Numbered from the stretch's first letter, positions 19,152 to 31,681 are shown. The stretch: 64,000 nucleotides of DNA from Waterburya sp. (GCA_965217895.1 CBDCJV010000002.1:608001-672000), one strand, 5' to 3'. Notes: generated by a model from the letters alone, not told the origin. Translations and numbers: made by a program.

Positions 19152-21053
19152 TTAGCGAGAATTTTCGGTTCGCAGCAATGCTAATAGTTTCTTGGCTTTA
19201 GGACGAAGAGAAGTAAACAGACTGCTCAATACCTGAAGATGTTCTTGTCTATTGATGTTGTATTCATTTTTTAGATTACTGATTTGTTTGGTTCTAGCTT
19301 CTACTGCTTCATGAATAGGCATCCCGCTTTCAACCAATTCTTGGAGTAATTGGGCGATCGCTTCTCGATAACTTTCAATCCGTAATCTTTCTTCTTGGGC
19401 ATATTCTGTAACTGGTTTTAGTAGATTAGGATCGCCAATACCCAACTCAGTCAACAGAGCATAATGCTCCTCTTCTGTAATTTCTAATCGCTGACGCACA
19501 GATTGCAAAGATTTAAGACTGTTGCTAGCCTCCACATTACCTGCTTGCAAAGATTCTTCGAGAACACCTCGATAGACCTGTATTTGCTCTTGTTTAGTAA
19601 CTTGAGGTACAACCTGTGCCAATATATTAAGTTCATTAGCTTTTAAATCATCCAATGAACGACCATCAAGAATCTTGGGAAAATCAAGGTTTAGTTTTTT
19701 GAGTTGGCGACGAAGTTTGTCGGCGATACTCTCTTTTTGATATTGAGCATTTGTCCGTCTCCAAGTACGATAAAGCCATAAAGTGCTAACCAAAACCACT
19801 AAAGCATTAAAGATCATCTGCACAATAAAGGGGAGACGCAAAATTTCGGGGCGACCACCATAGACAAAAAAAGTATTAAAGGCAATAAAGGTGCAAATAG
19901 AAAAGTTTCGGTGTAAAATTTGTTGACGCTCAATTCTGGGGTTGCGCCGTCTTAAATAAGAGAACAAAGTTTTTTCACTATTAGTTCCAATTAAGCAACA
20001 GATACCGACAAATACAGCAAAGGTTAGGGGAACTGCTACTAGTTTTGGAATTGCCAGAGGCTGATTAAAAAGATAAAAACCAGGCTTAAAAAGAGTTGCT
20101 AATTGATTTTCTTCATGACTCCAAGCCCCAGAAAAGTAATAATTGAAATTTCCCGCATATAGATAGTAGTAGATAAAATATCCGCTTACTAACCCTAAAT
20201 AACCATATTGAATCAATTTGCGACCAGGCTGAGTCAAGTGTTGCCAATAAGATTTCTCAGCATCAATATCCAGACAGGCAGATTTACAGTTAATACAGGT
20301 ACTTTTTTCTTGTCCTATGCTATCTACAGTTCGGCACATAGACTGAGTTATGGTTCTTGGTGGAGCTTTGTGTGCCTGGCTATCTAATAATCCTCTCGGT
20401 CCGGTAAAAACTAGCTGCACTATACTAAAAGGACATATATAATGACACCAGCTACGACCACCATACAAAAAAACTGTAGCTATAGCTGAGAAGATAGTAA
20501 AGAGTAGAAAACAACCGAAGACTATACGATCTGAGTTAATAAAGAGAATTCGCGAATTTAAGCCGATAAACAGCAGGGCAAACTGCACATATAGATGGTT
20601 GCGAACTAGCCAAAGATTTTTATGAATTCTTAGTCGTGGCTTTAGTCCCAATGCTCGCGGAATTTGCGAAAGAAAATAAAGCGGACAGATCCTGCGCCAA
20701 GTTTCATGTCCGAAAACAAAAACGATCGCGATCGCACTGGGAACTATCATACCCCAAAAAAATCTAGTCCCCATCGGATATGGTGCTTCGGCTAGACATT
20801 CTCCCTGAACCTTGACGCATTGTGTAGGTAGATCGGCAAGAGTGATAATGCGATCGCGAAACGGGCTATATGAGCTGTTTGGATCGCTTAGATGATGAGA
20901 GATAGGATCGTAAAACAAGGAGGCAATTAAGACTAGCCAACCAATTACTATCACCCATCTAATGAAGTGCATTTTTGATTCGGAAACTTGATTAATCATG
21001 GTCGATACTTCTGCAAATTTTTTGAGATAAGACTTTCGTGAAACTGAAATCAT
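19152..21053 (-). CDS. Membrane 4Fe-4S-binding protein (NapH/FixG-like), possibly C-terminally truncated; start may be 20999
   Basis: WRRICP, WCHYICP and CINCKSACLDID motifs with multiple TMs. Confidence 0.7.
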   Translation of the reverse strand: MISVSRKSYLKKFAEVSTMINQVSESKMHFIRWVIVIGWLVLIASLFYDPISHHLSDPNSSYSPFRDRIITLADLPTQCVKVQGECLAEAPYPMGTRFFWGMIVPSAIAIVFVFGHETWRRICPLYFLSQIPRALGLKPRLRIHKNLWLVRNHLYVQFALLFIGLNSRILFINSDRIVFGCFLLFTIFSAIATVFLYGGRSWCHYICPFSIVQLVFTGPRGLLDSQAHKAPPRTITQSMCRTVDSIGQEKSTCINCKSACLDIDAEKSYWQHLTQPGRKLIQYGYLGLVSGYFIYYYLYAGNFNYYFSGAWSHEENQLATLFKPGFYLFNQPLAIPKLVAVPLTFAVFVGICCLIGTNSEKTLFSYLRRRNPRIERQQILHRNFSICTFIAFNTFFVYGGRPEILRLPFIVQMIFNALVVLVSTLWLYRTWRRTNAQYQKESIADKLRRQLKKLNLDFPKILDGRSLDDLKANELNILAQVVPQVTKQEQIQVYRGVLEESLQAGNVEASNSLKSLQSVRQRLEITEEEHYALLTELGIGDPNLLKPVTEYAQEERLRIESYREAIAQLLQELVESGMPIHEAVEARTKQISNLKNEYNINRQEHLQVLSSLFTSLRPKAKKLLALLRTENSR

Positions 21054-21199
21054 GGAAAATACGAGGTAAATTCTAGTAACTTCATAAGGTTTAAAACTCG
21101 AACAAAATAGTTAACTAGAAAACTACAGATTTCAACAAGTGCGTGGAATAAGCTTGGGAAACACAAGCATTTCCGCACTTCAAACTAGATGCGGTTTAT

Positions 21200-21478
21200 T
21201 TACTCTTTAGCTGACTTGGTAGCACCATCTTCTAATACAACTATTTCTTTTTTACCAGGAGGTACTAAATAGGAAACAATAAACGTAAGTACAGTGGTTG
21301 CTGCTCCAGATATTTCACCAGATATTTTGTTATCTTTCTGTTTGAAAAAAGGATGGTATGTATTGAGAATCAATACCGTTAAAGTAACTAAAGCTCCTGT
21401 AAATACTCCTGCAGTAACTTTCCTAACGGGTTGATAAGTAGGTTGAGTTTCTTGGGATTGAGTTGTAGTTGAGGTCAT
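21200..21478 (-). CDS. Small two-TM membrane protein
   Basis: Two hydrophobic helices; AAGG RBS and an ATGAG-box promoter upstream. Confidence 0.7.
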   Translation of the reverse strand: MTSTTTQSQETQPTYQPVRKVTAGVFTGALVTLTVLILNTYHPFFKQKDNKISGEISGAATTVLTFIVSYLVPPGKKEIVVLEDGATKSAKE

Positions 21479-21514
21479 GATTAAATACCTTATTTTGTGT
21501 ATTAGCTATGTTTA

Positions 21515-21568
21515 ATATTAGTTTTTCATGCAGCTTTTAAATCTCATAAAACTCATGGGATAACTTAT
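21515..21568 (-). promoter_or_regulatory. Triple ATGAG-box promoter A
   Basis: ATAAG-N7-ATGAG-N4-ATGAG-N22-TAATAT. Confidence 0.7.
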
Positions 21569-21853
21569 AGAAAAGATATCAAAGACTGTAGGTCTATAAA
21601 CTAAAAATATTGGCAAACTATTTCGCCAAGAAAATCGATCAAACAAGAGAATAGATTTTTATTTTCCTCAAGCTTATCGATCTGCAAAATATAGTCTTGT
21701 TAGCTAATTTGAGGTATTAGAATAATCCGCAGATAAACTCAGATGATTTAACTACTTATTAGTTTTTGATGTGCATATAATCTTTTTGACCACCGTATTA
21801 TTATTCGTTACCTAATTAATCTTTAACTTTTGGTTGATAGCTAAAAATTTTAT

Positions 21854-21919
21854 ATGACTTTTTAGATGAGTTTCTCTATGAATTTTATGAGTTTGAAAGC
21901 CTCAAAGCACAACTAGGAT
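21854..21919 (+). promoter_or_regulatory. Triple/quadruple ATGAG-box promoter B
   Basis: ATGAC-N7-ATGAG-N7-ATGAA-N4-ATGAG-N22-TAGGAT. Confidence 0.7.
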
Positions 21920-22091
21920 GAAATGTAGACAACTATCGTTGCAACAGACGCATTTCTCTATTGAGAGATTGAGAGATACGAAAAAAACTTCAGTAGTTTG
22001 TCAAAAATATGTGGCAATTTATCACTGCCGCCTGAAAAAGATAGAGATTTTAATTGTTTACCCACAAATATATTCATCGAGGAGATACGTA

Positions 22092-23780
22092 ATGATTAAT
22101 TATCTACAGGATTTGCCAGAACGAGACCAAGACCTTGAAGCTCGACAACAACAAGCACGCATTACGCGCAAGCTTACCCTTGAAGATGCTTTCAAAGCTT
22201 TTATAACTTTGTCACCACTAACCAATGGAGACGAAGAAAAATATGAACAGCTAGGTTTTCCAGGGTTTGCGTCCTTCTCCAAAGCTTTAGCTCACAATAC
22301 AATCGGACTGGTCGAAAAATCATCTTTTAAATCCCTGCTTATAGCTATCCAAAAAGGCACTCAAGAAGCTTTTGAGAATGTTCAACTAGGTGGAGGGAAG
22401 CGTCTGCTGGTTAATCCTCTCAATGCTTACTCATTTCAGTTAATTGGTAACGATTCTAATGGCGCACGCATAGCACCTGCTCCTAAGTTTACTAGTCGCA
22501 ACACTGCCATCGATATGGTCGAACGCTATTGGATGGCACTGGCGCGAGACGTACGATTTGATCGATACGCTAATAGTACCTTGATCGCTAATGCTTGCAA
22601 GGACTTAAATAACCTGGGATTCGAGCAAGAATTTGGTTTTGAATGCTCGCCAGAGACAATTTTTCGAGGGCCTTATGAGGGTTGTGATGTGGGACCCCAC
22701 GTCTCTCAGTTCCTACTGCAAGATTTCCAGTTTGGCAATCAGCCAATTCGGCAGTTGCAACGCTATCCAAGAGAGGGTCTTGATTACCTAACGGATTTTG
22801 AAACCTGGAAACAAGTTAACAATGGCGATATTAATCCGAGTGGTTCAGACATTATTGACGGTACACGCTATATTACAACGCTACGGGATGCTGGTCAGTG
22901 GGTACATCTTGATTTTCCCCACCAGTCGGGTTTTTGGGCGACAATTATTCTTCTAGGTCTAAAGGTCAATCAATCAGATGCAAACCCTTATGTCAGTAAA
23001 GATATAAAGACTTCTGAAGCGTTTGGTAGTCTTGGTAGTCCAGATATCACGATTCAAAGTGGGCTAGCTGGGGTCTATGCTCTCAAGCACGCTTGGTTTC
23101 AAAAGTGGTGTGTTCATCGACGTATACGACCAGAAGCTTATGCCCAGCGTCTTGAGCTTTTTCGACGTAGGGAGTTGGGTAATTCAGTTGATAGCCTATT
23201 CGACGATGAGAAATTTAACGATCTTTTTGGCGAAGGTGCAGAGGTTTGGCGCAGAACTCAGGTACTCGATCGCATTTTTGAACACAACAAACAGCAAAAC
23301 CAAGCCCATAATCGTGGCGACCGAAATGGCACGTGGTTACTACCGATAGCGTATCCCGAAGGTTCTCCCACTCATCCCTCCTATCCTGGCGGACATTCGG
23401 CATTTATTGCTGCTGCTGCCACCATTGCCAAAGCCTTTTTTGCCGATTGTGAGTTGCCTAATCCGAAAGTGCCAGTTGATGATGGTCAGCGATTAGGAGA
23501 TTTTAAGGCTCCAACCTTGACCGTCCATGGTGAGCTTAATAAGTTGATTGCTAATATCACATTGTTCCGCGATGGGGCGGGAATGCACTGGCGTAGTGAT
23601 GGTACAGCCTCTGGTCTGAATGCTGCATTTGACCGTTCGGGTACTGGCATAGAAACAGGCGGTAATCTGCTGGGTGAAAAGATGGCAATTAGTATGTTGC
23701 GCGACATTAAACGCACCTATAGAGAGGAGGTAGGAACTTTTGAGTTTCGCAGTCTCAAAGGAGATTTAATCAAAATATAG
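22092..23780 (+). CDS. Vanadium-dependent haloperoxidase (PAP2 superfamily)
   Basis: Vanadate-site motifs KWCVHRRIRPE, HPSYPGGH and RDGAGMHWRSD. The true start is probably 22092 (AGGAG RBS), not 21918. Confidence 0.85.
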   Translation: MINYLQDLPERDQDLEARQQQARITRKLTLEDAFKAFITLSPLTNGDEEKYEQLGFPGFASFSKALAHNTIGLVEKSSFKSLLIAIQKGTQEAFENVQLGGGKRLLVNPLNAYSFQLIGNDSNGARIAPAPKFTSRNTAIDMVERYWMALARDVRFDRYANSTLIANACKDLNNLGFEQEFGFECSPETIFRGPYEGCDVGPHVSQFLLQDFQFGNQPIRQLQRYPREGLDYLTDFETWKQVNNGDINPSGSDIIDGTRYITTLRDAGQWVHLDFPHQSGFWATIILLGLKVNQSDANPYVSKDIKTSEAFGSLGSPDITIQSGLAGVYALKHAWFQKWCVHRRIRPEAYAQRLELFRRRELGNSVDSLFDDEKFNDLFGEGAEVWRRTQVLDRIFEHNKQQNQAHNRGDRNGTWLLPIAYPEGSPTHPSYPGGHSAFIAAAATIAKAFFADCELPNPKVPVDDGQRLGDFKAPTLTVHGELNKLIANITLFRDGAGMHWRSDGTASGLNAAFDRSGTGIETGGNLLGEKMAISMLRDIKRTYREEVGTFEFRSLKGDLIKI

Positions 23781-23814
23781 TGAGGAAGTAACTATTAGTT
23801 TTGTAGTCAATGAT

Positions 23815-23846
23815 GATTGGCGGTGAGTTAGAATCTTCCGCTAATC
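23815..23846 (+). terminator. Hairpin downstream of the haloperoxidase
   Basis: GATTGGCGG...CCGCTAATC stem. Confidence 0.45.
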
Positions 23847-24035
23847 TATCCTTCTGCCCTCTGCCTTCGTTCAAATAAAGTTACAAAATCCAGATAAAAT
23901 CGAATAAATAAAAGTAATAATTTAGAACTATATCTTAGGCAAATTATTGTATAATTCATTCAGATAAACTATTAATTTAACTATTTTATATAAAGATACA
24001 ACATCTCAAAGTGCGAACCTAAATTTTTAATCGCC

Positions 24036-25382
24036 ATGAACCTTGATCGCCTCGTAGAAATTGTTGACCGTCAGCTGATCGACAATCAACATCGTCCCCT
24101 GACCTCCATCCAAATTATGATTTTGCGGGGCATTTGGCAGTACAAAACCTACAACCAAATAGCGATGGAGGCAGATTATAGTCCTGGTTACTTTACTACT
24201 GTTGTTGCACCAGAACTATATCAGCTACTTTCTACACTTATTGGTCAGCGCGTAACTAAAAAGAACTGTCGGGTACTGCTGGAGTCTTATGTTACTACCC
24301 AAGGCGATCGACAGACAAGTCCCTCAGGACAAGATCTAATAAAGCCTGACCCTAAGGGTAATATAGATCGGCAAGATAACTTACCTTCTTATCCTAGTGG
24401 CTCAGTACCTCTAAACTCTGCTTTTTATCTAGAACGTTCATCCATTGAAGAGCAGATTAATCGAGAAATCAAAAAACCAGGGGCATTAATTAGAATTAAG
24501 GCCCCTAAAGAAATGGGGAAAACCTCTTTACTGCTGAGAATTCTAGACTATGCCAATCAGCAGGGATACCGTACCGTTAGCTTAAACTTCGAGCAAGCTG
24601 ACCAAGCGATACTCAGCGATTTAAATCAGTTTTTGCGTTGGCTGTGTGCCAACATTAGTCGTCAAATTCAGCGTAAACCGATGTTAGATGAGTATTGGGA
24701 TGAAGACATGGGTAGCAAAATTAGCTCTACCCTCTACTTACAGGACTACATCCTAGACTCGAACGATACTCCCTTTGTTTTGGCATTAGATGAAGTGAAT
24801 CAAGTTTTTGAACATCCTCAAGTAGCAAAAGATTTTTTACCCTTATTACGTTCATGGTACGAAGAAGCAAAAAGACTACCCGTCTGGCAAAAGCTGCGTT
24901 TGATTGTAATTCACTCAACAGAAATTTACGTCCCTCTTCAGCTAAATCAGTCTCCGTTCAATGTAGGCTTACCAATTCAGTTAGAAGATTTTAATTTGCA
25001 AGAGGTACAGCAGTTAGCCCAACGTTACGGACTTAACTGGAAAGATGACGTTCAAGCTAGACAGCTAATGTCTATGGTAGGGGGACATCCTGCACTGGTC
25101 AGTTTAGCTCTTTACCATCTTAGTCGGCAAGAAATAACCATGTCACAGCTATTAGAAACTGCTCCTACGGCTATGGGAATTTATGCTCATCACCTACAGC
25201 GTCACTGGGCAACATTAGAAAAACAGCCCGAACTAGAACAAGCTCTAGATCTTGTTTTTAACGTCACAGAACCTGTTTCTTTAGATCCGCTTGTCGCCTA
25301 TAAGCTAAGTAGTATGGGAGTTATTAAGCAGTTAGGAGATAAAGCGATCGCCGGTTGTGAATTATATCGACGATATTTTTGA
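24036..25382 (+). CDS. N-terminal HTH plus AAA_35-like P-loop ATPase (putative transcription regulator)
   Basis: HTH-like KTYNQIAMEADYSPGY...LYQLLS; YPSGSVPL, KAPKEMGKTSL (Walker A), LALDEV (Walker B). Confidence 0.75.
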   Translation: MNLDRLVEIVDRQLIDNQHRPLTSIQIMILRGIWQYKTYNQIAMEADYSPGYFTTVVAPELYQLLSTLIGQRVTKKNCRVLLESYVTTQGDRQTSPSGQDLIKPDPKGNIDRQDNLPSYPSGSVPLNSAFYLERSSIEEQINREIKKPGALIRIKAPKEMGKTSLLLRILDYANQQGYRTVSLNFEQADQAILSDLNQFLRWLCANISRQIQRKPMLDEYWDEDMGSKISSTLYLQDYILDSNDTPFVLALDEVNQVFEHPQVAKDFLPLLRSWYEEAKRLPVWQKLRLIVIHSTEIYVPLQLNQSPFNVGLPIQLEDFNLQEVQQLAQRYGLNWKDDVQARQLMSMVGGHPALVSLALYHLSRQEITMSQLLETAPTAMGIYAHHLQRHWATLEKQPELEQALDLVFNVTEPVSLDPLVAYKLSSMGVIKQLGDKAIAGCELYRRYF

Positions 25383-25464
25383 ATGATTGTCAAATAATAA
25401 ATTAGGTATATCAATAGGAGGAGTTGTTTTGAGAGTGAATTTTTTTGCCCTAGCTTTTTTGTTC

Positions 25465-28400
25465 TTAAACAAAAATCGATCTATAAATACGATTCTGAAC
25501 TTTCAAAGTTCCCTGTTGCTTGACTGCTAGCCCCGATAACAGCAATTCTCTTTCTTCTGCACTATCAACCGCGACTATTTCTCCCTGCTGTATGATTTGG
25601 TGATAGAGTTCTAGTAGCCTGTCGGACTGTTTGCTTTTAAAAAGGCGATCGCGAATAGTTCTTAGATGCTCAGGCTCATCCTGAGATTCCCAATTGGCAA
25701 TAATTTTGGTTCGTACTAAGTTTTCAATCCACTGAGCTTCAGCATTAGTAGGAATTGAAGATGAATCGCTGCGGATCAGTTTACACAGCTTTTGAGTGAG
25801 AAAAGGCTGACCATTTGTCCAAGCCAGGACTTCTTTTAATACTGTTTGCGGATTAGTTACTTTCTCGCTCAATCCTTGGAGTAAGGGCTGGGCCTCGTGC
25901 TTCTTGAAGCCCTCTAGTTGAATTGCCTGACCGATATTAAAGGGAGTTGTCTGGATATCGTCCATTAAATCTGAGGGAGTCGCAACGCCAAAAAAAGCAA
26001 AGGTTAAACGCTGATACTCTGGGTTGAGACTGCGCTGATTGTAGCAGGAGCGAATGAGGGCAAAAAAGTCATTTACGGGAAAGTTTAAGCCCAAAACGCT
26101 ATCAATTTCATCGATAAAGATGATAATGTTTTTAGGTGAATCATTGTTTGATGCTGATTGCAGTAAAATTTCTTCGATAAATTGACTCAACCGCTGTACG
26201 GGAGAAACGTCTGCTCGTTCTTTCCACCATGTTTTTAGATTAACTGCCCTCAGTAACCCGAAACTACGCCATAGCTCGACTGTAAAACCTTTATACCATT
26301 GTTCAGGGGTAATATTTTCGCTGCCAATGCGGGTCAGGTCGATCGCCCCGCACCTATACCCATCATGCTGGAAGTGGTTCATCATGCGTACCATCAGGCT
26401 AGACTTACCCATTTGCCGAGGATTTAGCACATAACAAAATTCTCCCCGTTTCAACGCCTTATATAAACGGCGATCGGCCGATCGCACGACATAAGTAGGC
26501 GCATCCATCGGCAAACTTCCTCCTACCTGATAGTCAAAAGTAGCATCTGGTTCGGCACTTTTAAGTAACTCGTTTTCAAACAGCAGTTGTGCTTGAGTAG
26601 CTTTGAGAATTTCTAGAGTCTGGGAGAGTTCTTGAGTTCGTTCTAAGACTTTTTGTTCTAGGGTGCGGTTGGACTCGGCTAATTTATCTTTAGCCTGTTG
26701 TAGGGCGACATTCTTGAGTTCAAGTTCATGGGTAAACTGGATTCGTTCTGCTTCTATATGTTTACGTTCGGTGATATCGGCAAAAGCAGCGATCGCATAT
26801 TTAATCTTGCCTGTTTCGTCAAAAATTGGTGTAGCAGAAACCTCCAGGGGCATAATTTTATTAGGCAGATGCAGTTCGAGGTCGTCTTTTTTAACCGTTT
26901 TACCAGCGATCGCGCGGGCAATGGGTAATTCGGCAACTGGGTATAATTGTTCTGTTCCTGCCTGATACACTCGATAAACTTCTGATAATTGCTCTGTTTT
27001 TACGTCATAAGAGGCATTGCTTTCTCGTCCCAGCTTTTTGGCTATTTGGTTGGCATAGTAGGTTTGCCCAGTTAGCTCGTGGACGGATACGCCGACGGGC
27101 ATGGCTTCTAGAAATTGCGCCAGTCGGCTTTGATTTGACTGTAGTTCGCTGTAGAGTTTGGCATTGGTAATGGCGATCGCTGCTTGACTAGATAAGACTC
27201 GCAGAATTTCTAATCTTTCTTGGGTGAATGCGCCGACGATCAGATTGTTTTCTAGATAGATAATGCCCCTAACTTTCCCCTGGTCGAGTAGTGGCGTACA
27301 CAAGAGAGATTTAGTCTGATGAGATTTCAAATAGGGATCTTGATTAAAACTGTCCTCTCTGGCAGCATTATTTTTAAGTACGGTTTGGCGGGTACGAGCA
27401 ACATAGTTAATAATTGAACTGGGAAGACAGCCATTAATAGGTATTGATTCTAAAACACTAACGTCTTCATTTATCGAACCAGAGGCTTCAATTAGGAGTT
27501 GCCCTTGGGTTTCTAAAATTAGGTAGCCAACCTGCGCCCCCGCACTCTCAATCAAAATTTTCATCAGTCTTGCCAGGAGTTTATCCAAAACTATCTCGCT
27601 GGAGATCGCTTGAGAGGCTTTGATAATTGTGGCTAAATCTAAGACTTCTCCCGAACGAGTGTTGGAAGTGGTGGTTCTTAGCTTGTCTGTCATGGAGACA
27701 GTAACGGCGGAGGTTACTAATAACTGGGGGTATTTAACCTGCAAATCTTCAACCTTTGCCGTCGCACCCCAAAGAGAATAAAGATAGTATGCTTCCTTGA
27801 GATAGACTTGGGCAATTTTAACTTTACCCCAGTCAAGATAGAATTTAGCTGCCAGTTCGTTGGCAAAAGCTTCTTCATTCAGGTATTTATTTTCATTAGC
27901 TATAGCTATAGCGCGATCGTAAAAATCCATTGCTTCGAGATAAAAGCCTTGAATGCGATATTGTTCTGCTTCAATCAAGTAATATTTATGCAAAAAATTC
28001 ATCGGCGCACGATCTGCCCACTGCTGCATCTTGGTTTTACGGGCGGCAACTCTAACCAGTATCTGCTGCTGCTGAGAAATTGCTACAGAGTGGTAAATAG
28101 CTAGGTGTGCTAAAGAATCATAAAAATGAAACAGAGGAATAAGTAAGGTTGCCGTTGCACCATCTAAGTATTGTTCTGCTTGAATTGCGTCGGCTACTCC
28201 CTGATGGTATTCGCCAAAAAGACAACAGAGATATAGTTTGTTGACGTATAAAGCGCAGAGGGCATAGCGATCGTTTGCCGACTGGTGCAGGGAAAACATG
28301 ATTGATTCATCATAAAGCTCCCCCTGCAAACGGCAGGGATTTTCTGAGGATACAATTAAATTAGAAACAGCCTGACCGTAGATTTTTAAGTAATTAAGGG

Positions 28401-31400
28401 TGTTTTGTTGTTTGAGTTTAGCAAAAGCGCGATCGTAGACTGCTATTTCTGATGCCAATTGGGTAAGTTCTTTGCCGACAAAAGCTGAATGAAACGAGTA
28501 GATATAGGCACAGGTAGTTCCATAGTATAAATCTCCCATTTCTAAGCCGATTTGATAGGCAGACTGTAGCGATCCTAGTGAGTTTGTGACTAGTTCTTTC
28601 CAGATACTAATTGTCGTGGAAAATACCGCTGTTATCCTGGGTATAAGTTCTGATGTTTGTAATTCCTCAGCAATGTTTAAAGCCAGCCGTCCAAATTGAT
28701 AGCCTTGTTCGATTTCACCTACTACACCACAGAGAATTAGCCCATAATTGACATAAGCAAAAGCAGATAAAGAAGTGTTTCCCGATTGGATCGATAAGTT
28801 AACTTGCTTAGATACCATTATTGGTAAAAGTTGAGGCGCAGCAATAAAGATTGAAGAAAAGAGCGAACTGGCTATTTTCATCACGGCTAATTTCTCTGGA
28901 TCGGTCATTGGCGGTAAATTGACTAGATCCTCAATTTGTTTACCCGCTAAATTGGTTTGAGTTTTTGCCAGTTCTTGTTGAACGTCTAATAACTGAGGGA
29001 ATTCTGGCAAAGTGAACTCTAAATTCTCCAGGATAGATAGAGCCATCTGAATTGCTTTTAAGTCTTGATTTTGTGCCTGGTAAGCTTCCAGCTTGACTTG
29101 ATAAACTTTGACTCGATCTAGCAAAGTCTGCGCCTTTTGCAGCACTACTGAAGCGAAATGCTGCATCTGCTCGAAATCGCCCCCCAAATAAGCTACTTCT
29201 GCTGCTTCTGAGTAGAGAGCTAAGGTAAGATCGTAGTCAGTTTGCCAACTCTCAGCTAGCAAAAATTCTTGACCGATTTGAAAATACTTCAATGCTGCCT
29301 CATAAGCGTTGGCTGCCTTGGCTTTTTGTCCTGCCAGCAAATTTAGTCGAGCAATTTGATTTCTCTCTGGGCGATCGCCAATAAGCTGCTGTCCTAGATT
29401 GAGATGATCGACAATTTTAAAGATCTTGTCGGATAATTCTTCAGGTTCTGTATTCTCCCAAAGTAAGCGACCGATTTTTAGGTGAATAGCCAGCTTTTGC
29501 TGTTGATCGATTAGATCGTAAGCCGCTTGTTGAATGCGATCGTGTCCAAATTTATAATTTTGAATTAATAGTTGTTCATCTAATTCTGATAAAGGGATAA
29601 TTAAACCTGCATTAATTGTTGGGGTTAAGTTTTCAAACAGCAACTCAGCCATTTTGTCGCTAATAAGGGCAATAGTGTTTAAGTCAAATTCTGCCCCAAT
29701 ACAAGCGGCCAAACTCAATACCTCTTGGGTAGATGGAGGCAATTTTTGCATTTTGCCTATCATGAACTTGACCATATTATCGGTATTCTCGATCCTTTCG
29801 ATCTGTTTGAGATCCCATTGCCAATATCCTTGGGGATTTGCAGCATTGAATACCAGCAAATTATCTTGATAGATACTTTTGAGAAATTCATTGACAAAAA
29901 AAGGATTGCCGTTGGTTTTTTGTCTGACTAATTGAGCAAGCGATCGCACGTATTCTCGTTCACTATTTAACGTATCGGCAATTAACTCCTTAATCTGCTG
30001 AACAGCTAGAGGTTTTAAGACAATTTGATTGACTATTGCTCCTTCTCGGCGCAATTTGTCGAGAGTAATGCTCAAGGGATGGACAGGGGTAATCTCGTTA
30101 TCTCGATAAGAACCGATTAAAAACAGGTGATTAAGCTCGCTATCGAGCATGATTAGCTCAATCAACTTGAGACTGGCAGAGTCTGCCCACTGCAAATCAT
30201 CGAGAAAGATAACTAAAGGATGCTTAGAGTCGCAAAAAACACGGATAAAGTTTTTAAAAACCAAATTAAAGCGATTTTGGGCTGCTGTTGCCGTCAATTT
30301 TGATAATTTTGGCTGTTTACCAATAATTAATTCTACTTCGGGAATAACATCAACCATTACTTGACCGTTTATGCCTAAAGCGGTTAATAGCTTGTTGCGC
30401 CAGCGATTAAGTCTTGTCTTACTTTCCCCCAAGAGTTGTTTAACCAGATCGGCTAGGGCATCAACAACCGCAGAATAAGGAGTATTGCGCTGAAACTGGT
30501 CGAATTTACCAGAGATAAAATAGCCCTGTTTCTCAGTAATCGGTTTATAAATTTCTTGTACTAAGGTTGTTTTACCCACCCCAGAATATCCCGTAACCAA
30601 CATTAGTTCGGTTGGAGATGAGTTTAATTCTGTTGCTGCCACTCTCGCAAATGCTGCTAGTAAGGTAGAAATTTCTGACTCTCTGCCATAGAGTTTTTCA
30701 GGAATCTGAAATCTATTAGCCAAATCTTGCGTGGCGATCGCAAAATCCTCTATCTTACCTGTATCTAACTGTCTTAGGCATTCTGCCAAATCTGCCCGAA
30801 CACCATTAGCACTTTGATATCCCTCCTCGGCAGTTTTCGCCATTAGTTTCATGATTATTTTAGAAACAACAGCAGGAATATCAGGATTAATTTGCTGGGG
30901 AGATAACGCTTCTTTTGCTAGATGACAGTGGATTAACTCTAAAGCATCGGTTGTCTCAAAAGGCAATTGTCTGGTAAGCAGTTCGTAGAAAGTGACTCCC
31001 AAAGAATAAAGATCGCTGCGGTAATCGAGACTACGATTCATGCGCCCCGTTTGTTCGGGGGAAATATATGCCAAAGTACCTTCAAGTAGGTTGGGACTTT
31101 TTAGGCGAGGATTTTCCTGCTGAAGAATAGTAGCAATGCCAAAGTCAATAATTTTGAGTTGTCCTGTTGTCTGATTAAAGACAATATTGGCTGGGTTGAT
31201 ATCTTTGTGAATAACCTTGGCTGCATGAATCTTAGCCAAATTCTCAACTATCTGAATCCCCAGATCCAGAAATTCTGCTAATGTTAACGGTTTTTCCTCA
31301 ATCCATTTTTTTAAAGATATAGCCCCAAAATCTTCGAGAATAATAATTAAAGTTCTCCCATAGGATTCTAAACCATAAGCCTTAATTGCCCCAGCGAACT

Positions 31401-31584
31401 TGAGACTGCAAATAATCTTATATTCTTGCCGATAACGAGCGAGTTCTTGAGCCGTAGGATATTCTTGTTTGAGAACTTTGAAGATAACAGGCTGATTATC
31501 CGAGAAGCGAATCCCCTGATAAACTTCTGAGTTAAAGCTTTCATAAATTTTGGTCTGAACTTGGTAGCCAGTCAAAGTTATCAT
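25465..31584 (-). CDS. Multi-domain Ser/Thr kinase-AAA-helical repeat-GAF-PAS-AAA_35 sensor
   Basis: Kinase [20 protein letters not shown]; ATPase GYSGVGKT and [22 protein letters not shown]; coiled coil; then [24 protein letters not shown]. No HisKA/HATPase module. Confidence 0.88.
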   Translation of the reverse strand: MITLTGYQVQTKIYESFNSEVYQGIRFSDNQPVIFKVLKQEYPTAQELARYRQEYKIICSLKFAGAIKAYGLESYGRTLIIILEDFGAISLKKWIEEKPLTLAEFLDLGIQIVENLAKIHAAKVIHKDINPANIVFNQTTGQLKIIDFGIATILQQENPRLKSPNLLEGTLAYISPEQTGRMNRSLDYRSDLYSLGVTFYELLTRQLPFETTDALELIHCHLAKEALSPQQINPDIPAVVSKIIMKLMAKTAEEGYQSANGVRADLAECLRQLDTGKIEDFAIATQDLANRFQIPEKLYGRESEISTLLAAFARVAATELNSSPTELMLVTGYSGVGKTTLVQEIYKPITEKQGYFISGKFDQFQRNTPYSAVVDALADLVKQLLGESKTRLNRWRNKLLTALGINGQVMVDVIPEVELIIGKQPKLSKLTATAAQNRFNLVFKNFIRVFCDSKHPLVIFLDDLQWADSASLKLIELIMLDSELNHLFLIGSYRDNEITPVHPLSITLDKLRREGAIVNQIVLKPLAVQQIKELIADTLNSEREYVRSLAQLVRQKTNGNPFFVNEFLKSIYQDNLLVFNAANPQGYWQWDLKQIERIENTDNMVKFMIGKMQKLPPSTQEVLSLAACIGAEFDLNTIALISDKMAELLFENLTPTINAGLIIPLSELDEQLLIQNYKFGHDRIQQAAYDLIDQQQKLAIHLKIGRLLWENTEPEELSDKIFKIVDHLNLGQQLIGDRPERNQIARLNLLAGQKAKAANAYEAALKYFQIGQEFLLAESWQTDYDLTLALYSEAAEVAYLGGDFEQMQHFASVVLQKAQTLLDRVKVYQVKLEAYQAQNQDLKAIQMALSILENLEFTLPEFPQLLDVQQELAKTQTNLAGKQIEDLVNLPPMTDPEKLAVMKIASSLFSSIFIAAPQLLPIMVSKQVNLSIQSGNTSLSAFAYVNYGLILCGVVGEIEQGYQFGRLALNIAEELQTSELIPRITAVFSTTISIWKELVTNSLGSLQSAYQIGLEMGDLYYGTTCAYIYSFHSAFVGKELTQLASEIAVYDRAFAKLKQQNTLNYLKIYGQAVSNLIVSSENPCRLQGELYDESIMFSLHQSANDRYALCALYVNKLYLCCLFGEYHQGVADAIQAEQYLDGATATLLIPLFHFYDSLAHLAIYHSVAISQQQQILVRVAARKTKMQQWADRAPMNFLHKYYLIEAEQYRIQGFYLEAMDFYDRAIAIANENKYLNEEAFANELAAKFYLDWGKVKIAQVYLKEAYYLYSLWGATAKVEDLQVKYPQLLVTSAVTVSMTDKLRTTTSNTRSGEVLDLATIIKASQAISSEIVLDKLLARLMKILIESAGAQVGYLILETQGQLLIEASGSINEDVSVLESIPINGCLPSSIINYVARTRQTVLKNNAAREDSFNQDPYLKSHQTKSLLCTPLLDQGKVRGIIYLENNLIVGAFTQERLEILRVLSSQAAIAITNAKLYSELQSNQSRLAQFLEAMPVGVSVHELTGQTYYANQIAKKLGRESNASYDVKTEQLSEVYRVYQAGTEQLYPVAELPIARAIAGKTVKKDDLELHLPNKIMPLEVSATPIFDETGKIKYAIAAFADITERKHIEAERIQFTHELELKNVALQQAKDKLAESNRTLEQKVLERTQELSQTLEILKATQAQLLFENELLKSAEPDATFDYQVGGSLPMDAPTYVVRSADRRLYKALKRGEFCYVLNPRQMGKSSLMVRMMNHFQHDGYRCGAIDLTRIGSENITPEQWYKGFTVELWRSFGLLRAVNLKTWWKERADVSPVQRLSQFIEEILLQSASNNDSPKNIIIFIDEIDSVLGLNFPVNDFFALIRSCYNQRSLNPEYQRLTFAFFGVATPSDLMDDIQTTPFNIGQAIQLEGFKKHEAQPLLQGLSEKVTNPQTVLKEVLAWTNGQPFLTQKLCKLIRSDSSSIPTNAEAQWIENLVRTKIIANWESQDEPEHLRTIRDRLFKSKQSDRLLELYHQIIQQGEIVAVDSAEERELLLSGLAVKQQGTLKVQNRIYRSIFV

Positions 31585-31681
31585 GATTAATTACTTAAAA
31601 TTAAGTCTATAGAGAAGTTATTGAAAGGCTTAGAGCTTAGAGCTACCCTGAACCTCTAATTTTCTTAACTCGAAAGTAGCG

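Noticed and set aside
19068..19154. Stop-codon readthrough from the 4Fe-4S gene into the in-frame DUF4278 gene
   Set aside because: The 28 open codons can arise by chance, and DUF4278 has its own RBS.
21918..22091. N-terminal 58 aa of the haloperoxidase ORF as given in the track
   Set aside because: That ATG overlaps the predicted -10 hexamer, and a strong RBS precedes the ATG at 22092.
26663..30364. Short antisense or alternative-frame ORFs within the kinase (and similar ones in glgP, pcrA, the PKS and the haloperoxidase)
   Set aside because: They are shadow ORFs of long genes with no recognisable motifs.
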